A DNA stretch of 64,000 bases from assembly GCA_012295275.1 (NCBI GenBank), contig CM022678.1:13950001-14014000 (forward strand). The letters run 5' to 3'. The notes beneath the pieces were generated by a model, which did no database searches, had not been told where the DNA came from, and saw nothing but the letters and a program-made list of their open reading frames with translations. The position numbers and the translations under genes are program-made. Positions 1-13,038 of this stretch are shown here, piece by piece; positions within the stretch are counted from its first letter, which is position 1, and every line of letters begins with the position of its first letter. This DNA comes from Chrysomallon squamiferum (taxonomy: Eukaryota; Animalia; Mollusca).

Positions 1-767
1 TTGATCCATTTATTGTGTTAATGAGTTGCCTTAATTTCCCCACATTCTGTGAATTCTCACCTGGAACTATTTGATAGCTTCTTATTTCTGGAAATGACTT
101 GGCCATAGTACTTAATCAACAAATATGCAAATAGGAAGGAGGCCTTTTATGGGTTATGGTAAGAAATGATATAATTATGTTGCATTCCCTTCATGTAAAT
201 AATTTCATACAACAATGAAAAGAAATAATAATTAAAATTTTATAATAGATTAAAATAATCAACATCAACAATCCTAATAAGAACTAAAATGAAATTAAAT
301 TAAAACTGTGCAAACAAATTCAAAACTTAAATTAAAAACAGTCCAAACAATAAATGGAATTAAATAAGTAACAAAGTGTGTATAAAAATTAAAAAATAAA
401 AATAAAAATTATGTAAACAAAGATTAATAATTTATTTGTCTAGGTTTCAATGATTATTTGAGTATACCAAAGTTCATCATCTGCCTTTGTGTTATAAATG
501 TAAGTTAGTATTTAATAACAGAATTATTAAATAATAGGTACAAAATATAACAGAAAATTCTTTAATTTTGAACATTCTTTAAAAGGCCCTTGTCACAGCA
601 GTTTCATTTTGATATTAGTAGATAATGTCATTTCTATGTGACCATAACTTGACAGCTGATGGTTATACTGATATTGCTTTGAAGTGCTCTGTAAATGTGC
701 AATGTAGTTTATATCCATTAATAAACTTCTCATAAACAGATGAATCAGATTTTATGAATATTTTCAG

Positions 768-833
768 ATAGATTGTCTGGACTCCATTCTTAATAGGTGA
801 CAACTGATTCAGTTTACATGCATACAGCTGAAG
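768..833 (+). other. Putative non-coding 5' UTR exon of the GPCR
   Basis: ttttcag acceptor before 768, GAAG|gtaatt donor after 833, and a strong tatttattttcag acceptor ending at 1133, 70 nt before the ATG. Splice signals only. Confidence 0.4.
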
Positions 834-1202
834 GTAATTCCATTTTAATTATTATATATGTATATATATATATAATTTTTTTAAATAATAATTGCATTAC
901 CTAGCAGTATGAAGAAACAGGAAAATATATTTATAATTGTTTGATGTGCCTAATTACTGATCCAGTTGCCTAAGACAACTAATAACTAATGACAATGACA
1001 GGATTAATCATCATAGTGTTAATAGTAGCTAACGCTAGTGGCAGTGGTAGCAATAGTAGTATAAATATTACATTTTAATATTATTTAAAAAATTTATTAT
1101 TATTTGTTAATTCATTGATTTATTTATTTTCAGCAATAAGGAAATTAAATAATTAAACATTCTATTATAAATGACAGAGAAAACTAAAATAAACAGACAC
1201 CA

Positions 1203-2327
1203 ATGAATGAGTTTGATGATTTCACTAATGGCTTAGGATTGGTGGCTGGTCTGGATAACTTAACCAACTGTACTTCTTATACCACTCATCCTGATGCAGT
1301 AATGATTTGGAAAACATTCCCACCAGTTTTACTTGCTTGTGGAACCTTTGGAAGTGTGCTGTCTCTCATAGTTCTTACACAGAAATCAATGAGGCAATCA
1401 CCTATGACATCATATCTAGTTCTCCTTGCTGTCATGGATATTCTTGTTTTATATACAGGCTTACTTAGACATTGGATAAAATATTATTTTGATTTTGAAA
1501 TTCGTTCTTTGCATATCATTATCTGTAAAATACATCCATGGGTTGTATATGTAACATTAGACATGTCTGCCTGGCTGCTGGTCTGTATGACACTGGAAAG
1601 ATTTGTCTCTGTTTGGAAACCATATAAAGTAAAAACAATATGTACATCTAAAACAACACATTTAAGTATAGGTGTTCTTGTTTTTGTTCTGATAGGAATA
1701 AACTCACATTTTCTTTATGGAAAGGAAATCATAGAGAGTGTCAGGGAAAACATTACAATCATTAAATGTACACAAAATGATAACATATACAAACATTTTC
1801 TATTCAACATATTTCCATGGGTTGATTTGTGTACTTTTTGTTTAATTCCTTTCACATTACAAATAGTTGGAAATAGCATCATAATTGGGATAATTGTAAT
1901 AAATGCTCGGAGGATGGCAGTTTGTCTCCAAAACGAGCCTGAGAAAAACACCAGGCGACGCCAAGTTTCATCCATGACCATCATGCTTTTGACACTGAAC
2001 TGTGTGTTTCTGTTGTGTACATCACCGGTTTCTGTATACCTAATATTTAGAGGTTATTGGAAAATACAAAATATTAATTACCAGTCGAGATCAAATGACT
2101 TGATCTGGGTATACACTACTTGTTTAATGTATTTTAACAATTCATTCAATTTTGTGTTTTACTGTCTCAGTGGACGACGATTTCGGGCAGAACTCAAAAA
2201 TGTTTTCAAGGGAATCCTGAAAGGTTTGCAAAGATCAGACACATTAACTTTATCCATTGTACAGAGCAGCTTTCCATTGGAAGTTGTTGATATAAATACA
2301 AATGCCATTTTCACTACTCATTTTTGA
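1203..2327 (+). CDS. Class A (rhodopsin-like) GPCR, invertebrate FMRFamide/peptide-receptor-like, intronless CDS, 374 aa
   Basis: Seven hydrophobic segments; TM2 LAVMD; TM3 C-K...MTLERFVSVWKP (E/DRY equivalent); TM6 FLLCTSP; TM7 NNSFNFVFY followed by helix 8 GRRFRAEL; N-terminal N-glycosylation sequons NLT and NCT. Confidence 0.93.
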   Translation: MNEFDDFTNGLGLVAGLDNLTNCTSYTTHPDAVMIWKTFPPVLLACGTFGSVLSLIVLTQKSMRQSPMTSYLVLLAVMDILVLYTGLLRHWIKYYFDFEIRSLHIIICKIHPWVVYVTLDMSAWLLVCMTLERFVSVWKPYKVKTICTSKTTHLSIGVLVFVLIGINSHFLYGKEIIESVRENITIIKCTQNDNIYKHFLFNIFPWVDLCTFCLIPFTLQIVGNSIIIGIIVINARRMAVCLQNEPEKNTRRRQVSSMTIMLLTLNCVFLLCTSPVSVYLIFRGYWKIQNINYQSRSNDLIWVYTTCLMYFNNSFNFVFYCLSGRRFRAELKNVFKGILKGLQRSDTLTLSIVQSSFPLEVVDINTNAIFTTHF

Positions 2328-2769
2328 AATAAAAGCACTGGGAGGCAAACCAATTCTAGTTATAATTTATTAATTTTGACAGAAAGATCATTCTTACTGA
2401 GTAAACAACATGAATGGCTTTATAGTTCCTTCATTTTATAATGACTCTGAATAAAAAGAAAAGCTATTACTGAATAACTGTGTCCAGATCAGCATGTACA
2501 CATAATAACTAACCAATCAAATCTATGTCATAACACAAAACATGAACCAGAATGAAACAACCATGTTCTAAAACATTCATGTTTTTGAAGATGCCTGGTA
2601 ATGTCCGCATTTTTTAACTCTGGTACATAGTGGATGCTCAGACAAAAGTAACAGATCTCAAAGTTTGACATATGAAATTTGCAGAATATAGACCAAATCC
2701 CATGGATACAAGATATTTGAGTAAAAGTTCTGAGGCATTATGCATATATACTTATCATATGATTGTGAT

Positions 2770-3365
2770 CCTAAACAATCCCATTTTAATTCAAGTAATT
2801 GTAACTAACTTATCTGAGCATTACCCTATCCATAACCCTAACCTCAGTCATAAATGCTAATGCCAACCACATCCACTATCCTAACCATATACCCTAAACC
2901 TAATTTTATCTTAAGTGCTAATTGCAGTGGTAACCCTACCCTAATCCTATGTTTAATAATAACTCTGATGCTAACCATATCTGTAATGTTAATTCGAACT
3001 GAAACACTAATTGTAATTTTAACCTTAACTGTAATCATAAACATAAATATAACACCAGCCAGTGACTTATTTTTAGCATTATGATAGAATTATCATTCAT
3101 AAAATTATCATAACATTCATAAAATTATCAAAGTTTTATATGAAAAGTCTGTTGAGATTATTTGATATTTAAATATATACCTACCTTTGATGTAACCATA
3201 ACCATAATCTAACCCTAATCGTAACTGCTGACCCCAAAGCTTACCCTATGCTGATACTAACCCTTACTCTTACCGTAATTCAAACAACAGTACTGACGGT
3301 AACCTCAATTCTAATTGTACTAACTGTAATTGTAATCCAATCCTAACCCTAACATTAATGCTAAT
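2770..3365. repeat. Degenerate telomere-like (CCCTAA-type) 6-bp periodic tract
   Basis: Recurrent taaccctaacc, taaccctaccctaatcct and atcctaaccctaac words, interrupted by AT-rich DNA at about 3085-3190. Confidence 0.7.
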
Positions 3366-6300
3366 GTGCACTCACTTTAAGCATTCATACACTGCACTTT
3401 ATGTAAATCTTTTTAAACATTTAATGATTCCTCTTCCAAAATAAATTATTTCCATCTGCTGCTGTTTATTACTAGAAGATTAAAAAGTAAAAAAAATAAA
3501 ATAAAAAAATTACTAAACATTTTTCTTTACAAAACAGGCATGTATGTATAATTTGTTCAATAATACATATATATTCAAAGTTTGTAAAACTGTTCAAAAG
3601 TAAGTGATTACATTTAGTTCCTTGAAAACTAAAATTTCCCTGACACTTCTAATAAAAACTGGCAGTGAGCAGGAACACTGCTTTGTAAATGGAAAAATAT
3701 AATTTCCTGTTCAATAATATTTATTGCTATTTATATATTAAATAATAGTTGGGCTTTGGGAAAGATTTTTCACTATCAAAACTCTGGACAAAACCTTTGC
3801 AGTGATCTGCATTTTTGGTGTTAGTCACCTAGTGAAGTTCTGTTCACTAAAAATAAAATACAGACACAGGTATTGATGGTAATTGCTAACCTTATAGGGT
3901 TGCCAGATTTGTTAATATACATTCATTTCTAATTATCACCTATATAACAAATATTGTATTGAACTAATTTAACTATTAGTGATTATTAAATTTTTTGTAT
4001 TTTCAGCAGCCAACATACTGCCTAATATTTTAACAAAACTATAGAACATGGCATACCTTGTATTTTAAAATAATACCATAAAGCCAAAAATAACTAACAC
4101 CATTTCTGAAAAACTGTCTAGGAAGAATGATATATAATCTGTAAATTATCATAACAACTAATAGAAATTATTCATAATAACTAAGTATATTACATTAACA
4201 TATACAATGGAATCCATTTCAAAATACAAAGACTAACATAATTAAAATGTAAAAGTTCAAATGCAACACATTATTAAATATAAACATTAATTATTAATAA
4301 AACACAGCTTTGGGTAAGGTGGATGGATAAACTAAAGATGACTATTGTCTAATTATCAAAATTTGTCAACAAGGTTTCTTGGAATGCTGATGCAAAATCT
4401 TTTAACTAATGAAAACTTGGGATCAATCTAGCAAATACTGATTTATTGTAATGTTAGAAAAGTGGAACCTTCTTATGGAATAAAACAGTATATGACTTAC
4501 TGGGGCAAAATATTGTAATTTTTGTCAGTCATCTAAAATGAAAACAATAAAGTGAAGCTCTGTTCCAACTGAGAGAAGGGTATTGACAGTAATGACTAAC
4601 CTTATAGCATTGCCAAGTTTATTAATACGTGATTCTTCTAGAAAAACATGTCAGAATGAGAACAAACTAGGTCCAAAATTAAAAAAATTTCTTCTTCAGA
4701 AAATGACTTTTGTGTTTATTTGGAATGGTTAATGGTCTAATCATCTTGTGACAAAGAAAGGGTTTTTTAGGGGTTCTTGTTTGTTTTTTAAATGGATATT
4801 AATGCTGATGTACTAAACATGTTTCAGAAAACAGAAATTTAACTAAAACATGGCAACATGTCTTGCTATGACTTTTTCCAATGCCACAATTAACTCCTCA
4901 AAGATGCTGTGGTTTTCTGCTGAACCCATTGGAAGGATCATGTCATAACAAAATTTATTGTTACATTTAAAAGAAAGATCTGGTCTTATTATTAGCAGTT
5001 TGTCTGTCAACCAAGCATTTGACAAGGCTCACATACTTCAGAAGTTGTAAGAAGACTTCTGAATAATATTTCACAATAAATTTCAAAGAAAACAATTAAA
5101 TTTGAGGAAATAAAAAAACAAAAAATAATAATAATAACTAGTATATGCCTCTCTATTGCTGTTATACAAGGCAAGGCCAGCTGCTACAGACTTTCATGGT
5201 TAAATAATTAAAAACCATGTTAAGAAGCACTTTAAAAAACCCAACATTAAATAGTATTTATTTTCTTTTATTTTTTTCATTCATTTACTTATGTTTTATT
5301 TATTCATTTATTTTTTAATTCATTTTATTTACATTTTTTATTTTCATTTATTTTTAAAAAATGTAAATGTCTATTTACTTATTTAATATTATTATTATTC
5401 TTAGTGTTATGTTATCTCATTACAAATGATGTATGAGCAACAGTATTTCTGCTTTATTATGATTATATCAGAAAATAAGATCCATCAGTTTTAACAGGGT
5501 TATGGCATGATAAATACTAGAGACAGAACACTTAAAACACAGAAAATGGCTTTCAAAATATTTGATTTATTTTGATTTAATTACCTTAGTTACCATGGAC
5601 AATTTAAAGATTTCAAAGTTTTCATACTGCTAAAATGAATACAGTATCTTTATTTGAAGAAAATAATGCAGATGGCTTAATTAGTTTATAATTACTACCA
5701 TTGCTAAGAAAAGTCAAGAACTGCACTAACCATTATTCTTTGGTTTACATGACACATCTGAAGTAAACCAGTGAATGGCTTAAAATAAAATATTTGTTAG
5801 ATATAACTAGTAATAAAATGTTAATTATCCCTGTATAATTTCCACCAGGGTTACTAAAAAGAAAAATACATTACTCTGATAGAGCTAATTAAATGGGCTG
5901 ATAAAACACTATAAAAATAATTGGTTATGTAATTACTATATTTTATTAAAAGGCTCTAACCCACATACTATGCCTTAATTTTCTTTACATCTTTTTGATA
6001 ATGGCATAGACACAAAGGGTGCAGGTCAAAATATACCTGTAGTCCAGTGAAAATAATCCTGCATTTTGAAACAGTATTTTGCTTTCTAAATTATTCATCT
6101 GAAAAATACTTTGTTGTTGTTGGGGTTTTTTTAGATATAAAAGTGTTTTTTAATCTCTGAAGTGTAACAGAAGTAAAAAAAGTGATGAAAATTGTGAAGC
6201 TTAGTAAAGTGATTACTGATCACAGAATCTTATCACACCTCCATTACATTAATTTTGTCAGTCAATTATTACATCATGGCAAAAAAATGCTGACAAACAG

Positions 6301-6437
6301 CTTCATAAATACATCATATTCTAATTAGTTTTTGATTGAGAATGAAAGAAAAAGCACATAACTGAATATATTTTATTGCAAATGTAGGTAGCACACTGAA
6401 ATAATTCAGCCAGTACTTTTAGCACATATGTAATGTA

Positions 6438-6566
6438 GAAAGTCTTTGCAAACAGGGCTAGTATTTCATTTAAGAAGATTCATTTAATATACATATTAAT
6501 GAGAATCATGATCAAGAAAGTCTTTGCAAACACAGCTAGAATATTCATTTAAGAAAATTCATTTAA
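6438..6566. repeat. Short local duplication (two ~50 bp copies, ~78 bp apart)
   Basis: gaaagtctttgcaaaca..gctag..ttcatttaagaa.attcatttaat occurs at about 6438 and about 6516. Confidence 0.7.
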
Positions 6567-9500
6567 TGTCACTGGTAGTCACTGATCACAATTAATTTAA
6601 TTATCATAATGTTATCCTTGTTCATATTCATAAGTAATTGAGTTACTTTCACAGTCATTGTTCATATGAATAGATTAGCCAAACACAATTCAGGGGTCCA
6701 CATCTCTGTCATCCACATTGATTCATTGTAAGTTACCAAGGCACTTCATCATGCAGATTGCCTCATTAAACATGTTATATCCAGCAAGCAGCAGTGATGG
6801 CACAAATAGTAGGTATGGCAGACTGTTTCATTTAATTCAATCACTGTAAAAAATGTTCAAAACTGGTGTTTTTTTTTAACCTGGCTTACAATCAACCTGT
6901 AACATTATGAATTGCATGGAAATAAAGATGAATATTTTTCTCTTGAATTGTGTTTTATTTGTTTGATTATGAGTTATTCAGTGAATTCGTAATCCGCATT
7001 TGGACAATGTGACATTTTAAATACAGACAGCAGTGCATGCATTGTTGAATTGGACAGCAAAAACTGGACTCCAACTTCTGTAGCGTCCGACACTGGAAGT
7101 GTACATGGATATATGGCTATATATGAACTTTCTAATGATATGTAGGAATAAAAGAAAAATGTTTTTCTTGAAAAATACACTTCAGATTTAAATTACAATA
7201 ATATTCCAAACATTTCTGGTATCATTTGAAAGATTGTTCAATTTCCTCTTGAATGTTATTTTTAACTAATCATAACATTCATTCTTTTTCCAACATAACA
7301 TCTGCTACCACTGACCAGTTGACAATTTTATTGCTCAAAATGGTACCAAATGTGCAATACACTTTACCTTAGTAAGTCACTTATTATGATCATTTAATTA
7401 ACGTTTCTTATAAAAGTATTCAAGAGCTCTTTTAATTTTTTTCTAATTATTTTGTATATATTTTGGTCCAAAAAAGATTCACAAACACGAAACAGAACTT
7501 AATAAATCAACTTAAAAAGAAACAAGTTTTGTTCAATACAACTGCTATTGTGTAAATGCCAAGTACAAACTCGGTATTGCACTGATCATATCCAAACATT
7601 TACAATAGAACAGTTTATTGTCTTTATTCATGTTAGTTTTTAAAGTATGGCTATTTATGTGTTTGACTATTTGATGATTTTCTGTTCATGTCTGCACAAG
7701 TCATTTTGGTCTTTTCCTCATGTTTGAAGAATTGTATCATTAAGCAGAATATGACGATCATTGTCAAAAATATTACAGATGCTCTCTAGGTGCAGTAAAT
7801 TCAGGCTTTTAAATTCCAAACACTGATCATCAGAAATGGAATGAGACATTTGTCATTTTAAGTATTTGTTTTTTGTTTTTTCACAATGATATTTTTTAGT
7901 ATCACATACACTGCCTTGAAAATCTGCAAGGTACTCCTTGTGGTATTAGTAAAACAGACCTCATACATGGTCACTGCCATTTGTTAATTAATCAAGTTAA
8001 TGTTTGCTATTTTGTTTTTGTTTTTTCTGTGCTTTTTGGAGTATCAAATTATAATGTTAATATAAATTTAATAAGTTATATATATATTAAACAATACACT
8101 GTTAATGACACAGATTACAGACGGTATCTAAAATAAAAAAACAACAACAAAAAAACAAGGGAGAAAAGTTTCATCCCTCTGCTAAATGCTTATAAAAGCA
8201 AAGCCAAAGTTTCAAATTCACTCTCCCATGACCTCCATGTTTATTGAACAGAACCACTGTCATGTGGAACTGACTGCTTATTGCTGCCCAAAACCAGAGG
8301 TTGAATTTTAACCCTGAAGCCCATAGATGCAATATTCCTGTAAATGCAGGTGAAAACCACGGTATCAAAGAGAAAAATGAAGCCACACAAGTCAACAAAT
8401 TTCAAAGCTGTTTTAGTTTGTCACACTAAACTCACCATATCTTGTCCTTTAATTAACACAACTTTACCATTTACAAACTGCCTTTAAAAACTGTCATCGC
8501 ATATTTAGATGGTCAAACCAAACTTTAATTATTTGCATATATTGGCAGTTAAAGGCAGTTTATTTACTTATTATAATTATTAATATATATTTATTTAGTA
8601 GTTGTCATTATTTTATTTTATATATAGGAACTAGATAATCTCAAGATTACACATATATAAAAAACACTACATTAATAAAATATCTATAATTAATATAATA
8701 AAAGAAATGTATCTAATGAAACACAGTTTGATAGATAACTGGGATTTGCGCAGTGAATGGAATGCACACTTTTAACCTTAAGTGTGGCTTATGGGAAGTC
8801 TCCTCAAAGCTACCTCAAAATCCATAAAAATTCACTATATGGATGTTGGCAATTTGAACAGGGTCTTCACTTCTGTGTGTACATATTTTGTATGTGTACG
8901 TGTGTCTCCACATAAAATTATTTACTTTGCTAAGAAGCAGAAAAACAAAAATGCAATACCTTGGCACAACTATATCTACATTAGTACTTATGTAAGTACC
9001 ATTGTATGAACATTTTTAAGGCCACCAATTATTGTTTTACCACTGAACAGTTACAGTAAGCAATAATAAAAGCAAACTTGTCATTTTAAGTAATTCACAT
9101 ATTTTTAACTTATTTCTATTTTCCATGGCCTCCCTTACATCAAGCACAGGTGATAAGCAAGATTGACAAACCCTACCTTTTACCCTTACCCTTCCCAAGT
9201 GTTGAAATAATCGTTTTTGTCTGTCTCACAGTTTGTTTAATTGTCGCTGTTATCATCTGTCTCACTATCAAATCCTTGAAAAAATATTATTCAAACACTC
9301 AAAATTTGCACAGTCACATTTTTAAAACTTGATTCATTTTTGCTTGAAGTGTTGATTAGCTCCCTCACAGAAAATGCCAACAGTGGTCAGATGATTGATA
9401 ACTTTTGTTTGCAGTCAAACAGCAAGTGAAATAAAATAAAATAAAATAAAATAAATAAATAAATAAATAAATAAATTAAATAAAATAAAAAAACAAACAA

Positions 9501-9793
9501 ATAAATAAAATAATTATAAACCTCAAAAACAAATTTGCTTTGATATTTTTATTTATTTATTTTATTTTATTCTCTGAAATTAATAATGACAGAATATTAT
9601 TTTTGTTATATTTTCCCTTTTTGTTTTTCTTTTTTTTAACATAATTAAATATCTTTCTATAAAATATTTTTTGTTAAGTTCACACTTATAAACAATTTTA
9701 CAATTTAATTTTAAATATATATTCATTTGTAACAGATTTTTCAAATTCCTGTAAATGTCAATCAGTTATACACAATACACTGCTTGATGATAA

Positions 9794-9976
9794 TTATGTT
9801 TGTGTTAATTTGCTTTCTTCAGTAATCTTATTTAATTCTTGTTCTACTGAACTGACAAAAGCTGGGAATGTTGGGTCTGCCAGGCAGAGTCTAACCATGG
9901 TACTGATATTCTCTTGAGATAGGTCACACTGTTGATATGCAGAAGGAAGACTGGCCTTCACCTTACCTGTAATTAC
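9794..9976 (-). CDS. REC114: REC114 coding exon 6 (terminal)
   Basis: ctatag acceptor; VITGKVKASLPSAYQQCDLSQENISTMVRLCLADPTFPAFVSSVEQELNKITEESKLTQT*. Matches the conserved REC114 C-terminus as recalled for human (LPHVYEQ...LRLCLMDQNFPAFVEEVEKELKKL). Confidence 0.92.
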   Translation of the reverse strand, partial: VITGKVKASLPSAYQQCDLSQENISTMVRLCLADPTFPAFVSSVEQELNKITEESKLTQT

Positions 9977-10159
9977 CTATAGTAAAAAAATAAATTAATG
10001 TGTACTAATAACAGAATTATCATAAATATTATCACTGAAATAAGATACAATAAAATGTGGGTGATTGTTTGTTAACATAATTATAAAAATAGAACTGCCT
10101 GCAATAAGCAGTAAATCTGAAAATTGCTTCTAATATTTTACTAACTACCTGTCTACTCT

Positions 10160-11045
10160 AATGTTAAATCCTAACAATAAATCATAACTGTAACACTAAC
10201 TATAACAATAATCCTAAACAAAATGCAACTGAAAGAACTCAACTGATCCAGAATCAAAACTTTGACCTTAATCCTTAGTAACTTAATCTTAATCTTAATT
10301 CTGATATAGGAAGAATCCTTTAATAATACAAACTGACTTGATAACCTTCACCCTAAGCTTTGCTATTCTGACAAAGGATTATTGTTTTGGTAGTGTTTAA
10401 GGTACATATCTGTGTTTTGGGCATAACTTTAGGTTATGCATAGTTAAAGTTAGGGCTTTTTTTTTTTTTTAAACTGTCTTCTTAATAATTATGTTACATA
10501 AAATATTACAAGTGTTTAACTTACAGTTATAATTGGTGTCCTTCTGTTTTGGCAATGCTAGTGGGAATATGGTTATACATAATATTAGTTATTTTAGTTA
10601 TGATTAGGGTTATGGCAACATTAATCATAAAGGTATCCTAAGCTAAATGCAGCTGAAAGGACTCAATTTATAAAACACCTAAAGATAACATGAAATTCAA
10701 ATCGATATAGTGCCCATACTTAACAAGCTAATACTGTCATAACATTAATTGTAACAGAAATCTCAACACCAAAATGATAACACTAATCCTAACCTTACCC
10801 CTAATTCTCACCCTAATAGCAATCCCAACCCTGAACAAGGATATGAATACTAATCATGACTGAAACAAAAATCCTGTCCTTCTCTTATAACATAGTTATA
10901 ATCGTATGTATGAAAGTAATCATGTTCCTAACATAAACCTCAACCCTGAACCCTAAAACTAAGGCTAAATCTAGCCTTAATGCTAACCATGTCTTATACT
11001 TAGCCATAAACTTGATGCTAACCCCAAACGTAACCATAATAACAG
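10160..11045. repeat. Degenerate telomere-like tract with an internal opposite-strand block
   Basis: ctaatcctaaccttacccctaa-type words at about 10160-10360 and 10780-11040; ttaggtt, gttagggc and gattagggtt words at about 10400-10615. Confidence 0.65.
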
Positions 11046-11164
11046 CTGATATCCAGGATTACATACATTTTCTGTATGTTATGTTTCCTCTTGTAAAACA
11101 ATTTTCATAGTGTTAATAACAGAAATTAGTGTTATTCTTCTGTATTCATTGCTTTTTGTTATGT

Positions 11165-11518
11165 TTATCTCCAGTATTCCAAGTTAAGGAGCAACTTCGT
11201 CCAACAGTTGTTATCTAACCTACTGATGCACAGATTTTCTTTGCATAAGCTGCAGCTATAGACTGTCTTGCATCTTTTTGTCAAATCACTGTTCTTAACC
11301 TCAGTATTTTGTTGCTTGGCTTTCAGATACTTTGAACAAAATAAACATGAAATGAACTGGATGCTTATCCTGCTTTGTTTTCGGCAATAGTATAATCTAA
11401 ATGGGAAACTCTCCAGCTGATATTTTGTCCTCTTGGTTATAGATGTCTCTAGTTTGTGGCTCATATTATGGCCATTAAGGTATATGTGCTTCCAGTTTAA
11501 GGCAGATATTTTGAACAC
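11165..11518 (-). mobile_element. piggyBac-like transposase 3' remnant (C-terminal Cys-rich domain)
   Basis: CLFC...KTVYSCSLCKENLC...NCWTK...EYWR* fits the CxxC...TxxxCxxC...LC...C zinc-binding tail of piggyBac (PGBD4-like) transposases. No terminal inverted repeats identified. Confidence 0.6.
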
Positions 11519-11539
11519 TAGGATTCTTTGGATTAAATA

Positions 11540-11740
11540 TCTAACATTAACCTTAACCTAACCTTGTGTATACGAATATTAATCCTTTCATTAAAACAAA
11601 TAATTTTAGCTCTAACATTAAACCTAACCCTAAGCATAACTAAGACAAGAAAGATTTTAATCTTAATGCTAATCTTAAACTAAGCTTAATTTCAAACAAA
11701 ACTGTAGTCTTACACAAATAATAACCCTAATCCCAATGGC
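11540..11740. repeat. Degenerate telomere-like tract, continuing after the piggyBac remnant
   Basis: attaaccttaacctaacctt, aacctaaccctaagc, taaccctaatccc. Confidence 0.6.
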
Positions 11741-13038
11741 CATGTTCCTGAACTATCATATTTAAAAATATCATTAACATGTCATTGACAAAAGGTATCT
11801 TTATAAATGTTGTTAGCATACCATATCACTATATTAACAGCAGTCCTAACCCTGTTGTCAACAGTGCCATTTATTAACTTCTGTCACAACAAAGCTTGAC
11901 ACACATTCCACACTACATATAAAATGATATGCTCATGATAACTAGCACCATCTGCTAATTTTACAGATTCTGGCTATAAAGTTTTTGTCATTATTTTGGA
12001 TTATTTTCTTATTGTAGGTCAGCCATTTTTACTTGCTAACTAACTATTAGTTCATGAAATGAAATTAATAAATACATATAATAGATAAAATATTACAACT
12101 TCCAACCAAGATTAACTAAGAACAGCTATTTGGATTATGTTATTCTATGTTCATTTCTGTTCATGCTGATGTATATTTATTTATATAACTTAGTAAAATA
12201 AGAAAGCTGGCTGAAAAACACTTTTATCTGCAGAAATTTCCTAGCATTTTAGATTAAAGCATTTCCAGACCAATTTTATTTCTGAAGCTTCTAGAGTGGT
12301 TTATGAGGCATCCATGGAAATTTCTATTGGCATTTAATAATTTGCAGACAATTCTTTTTGTAACAGCATATCACTGAAACCTTTGACATTTTTCTAAGGC
12401 ACAATGAAAAAGGTCATGATGGACACAATATAAACATTTTACAGTTTTGCATATAGACTCTTTATATTCAGAACGTGATTCAACCATTTAGATAATTTTG
12501 TGTGTATGTGTCCAAGTTGGTTTTATGCAGGAAAATCAAAAGATCGCAAAATGACTCCTGTATGATAGTAATAATTTTCAAAGAAAATAAACATCAGTTT
12601 TATGCTTGATACAGTTAGTTGTAATAAATGAAAGATTACTGTTATGCAATTAAAAGTGAGCTGAGTACAGCATAATTATATGATATATTTAACCATAACA
12701 CGAATACAATTTAGTGCATGTTTACTGCAATAATTATATATTGTTTTTAACAAAATACATGTAAATAAATAGATCTGTTCACCAAGTTGGTACTCAAACT
12801 CAAAACTGCTTGAAACCAACATTGCATGGATAATAAACAACATAATGTCACAGTGATTCTCTTTATTATGATAGAATTCAAATGACTTGATAATGACAAG
12901 GAAACAACACTTCAGCTGACATTGAGTTTCTCTGTCAGCATGTTGCCATTCGCACTTTTTAACTATGTTATTATTGTCTAACAACCAACATCTTTGGGAA
13001 TGTGGTCCCAGGAACATAACTAAACAATAATCTTGACC

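Noticed and set aside
2672-3084. Overlapping short ORFs downstream of the GPCR
   Set aside because: Generated by the degenerate hexamer tract.
3868-5060. Possible hAT remnant (tagggttgccaga terminus-like word, ~60-bp diverged duplicate at about 3868 and 4578, weak LAMTFSNAT peptide)
   Set aside because: Too decayed; no matching second terminus or target duplication found.
7700-8400. Weak LINE-like (LEFKSLNLLHLESI) and P-element-like peptides on the minus strand
   Set aside because: Only short resemblances; would need a profile search.
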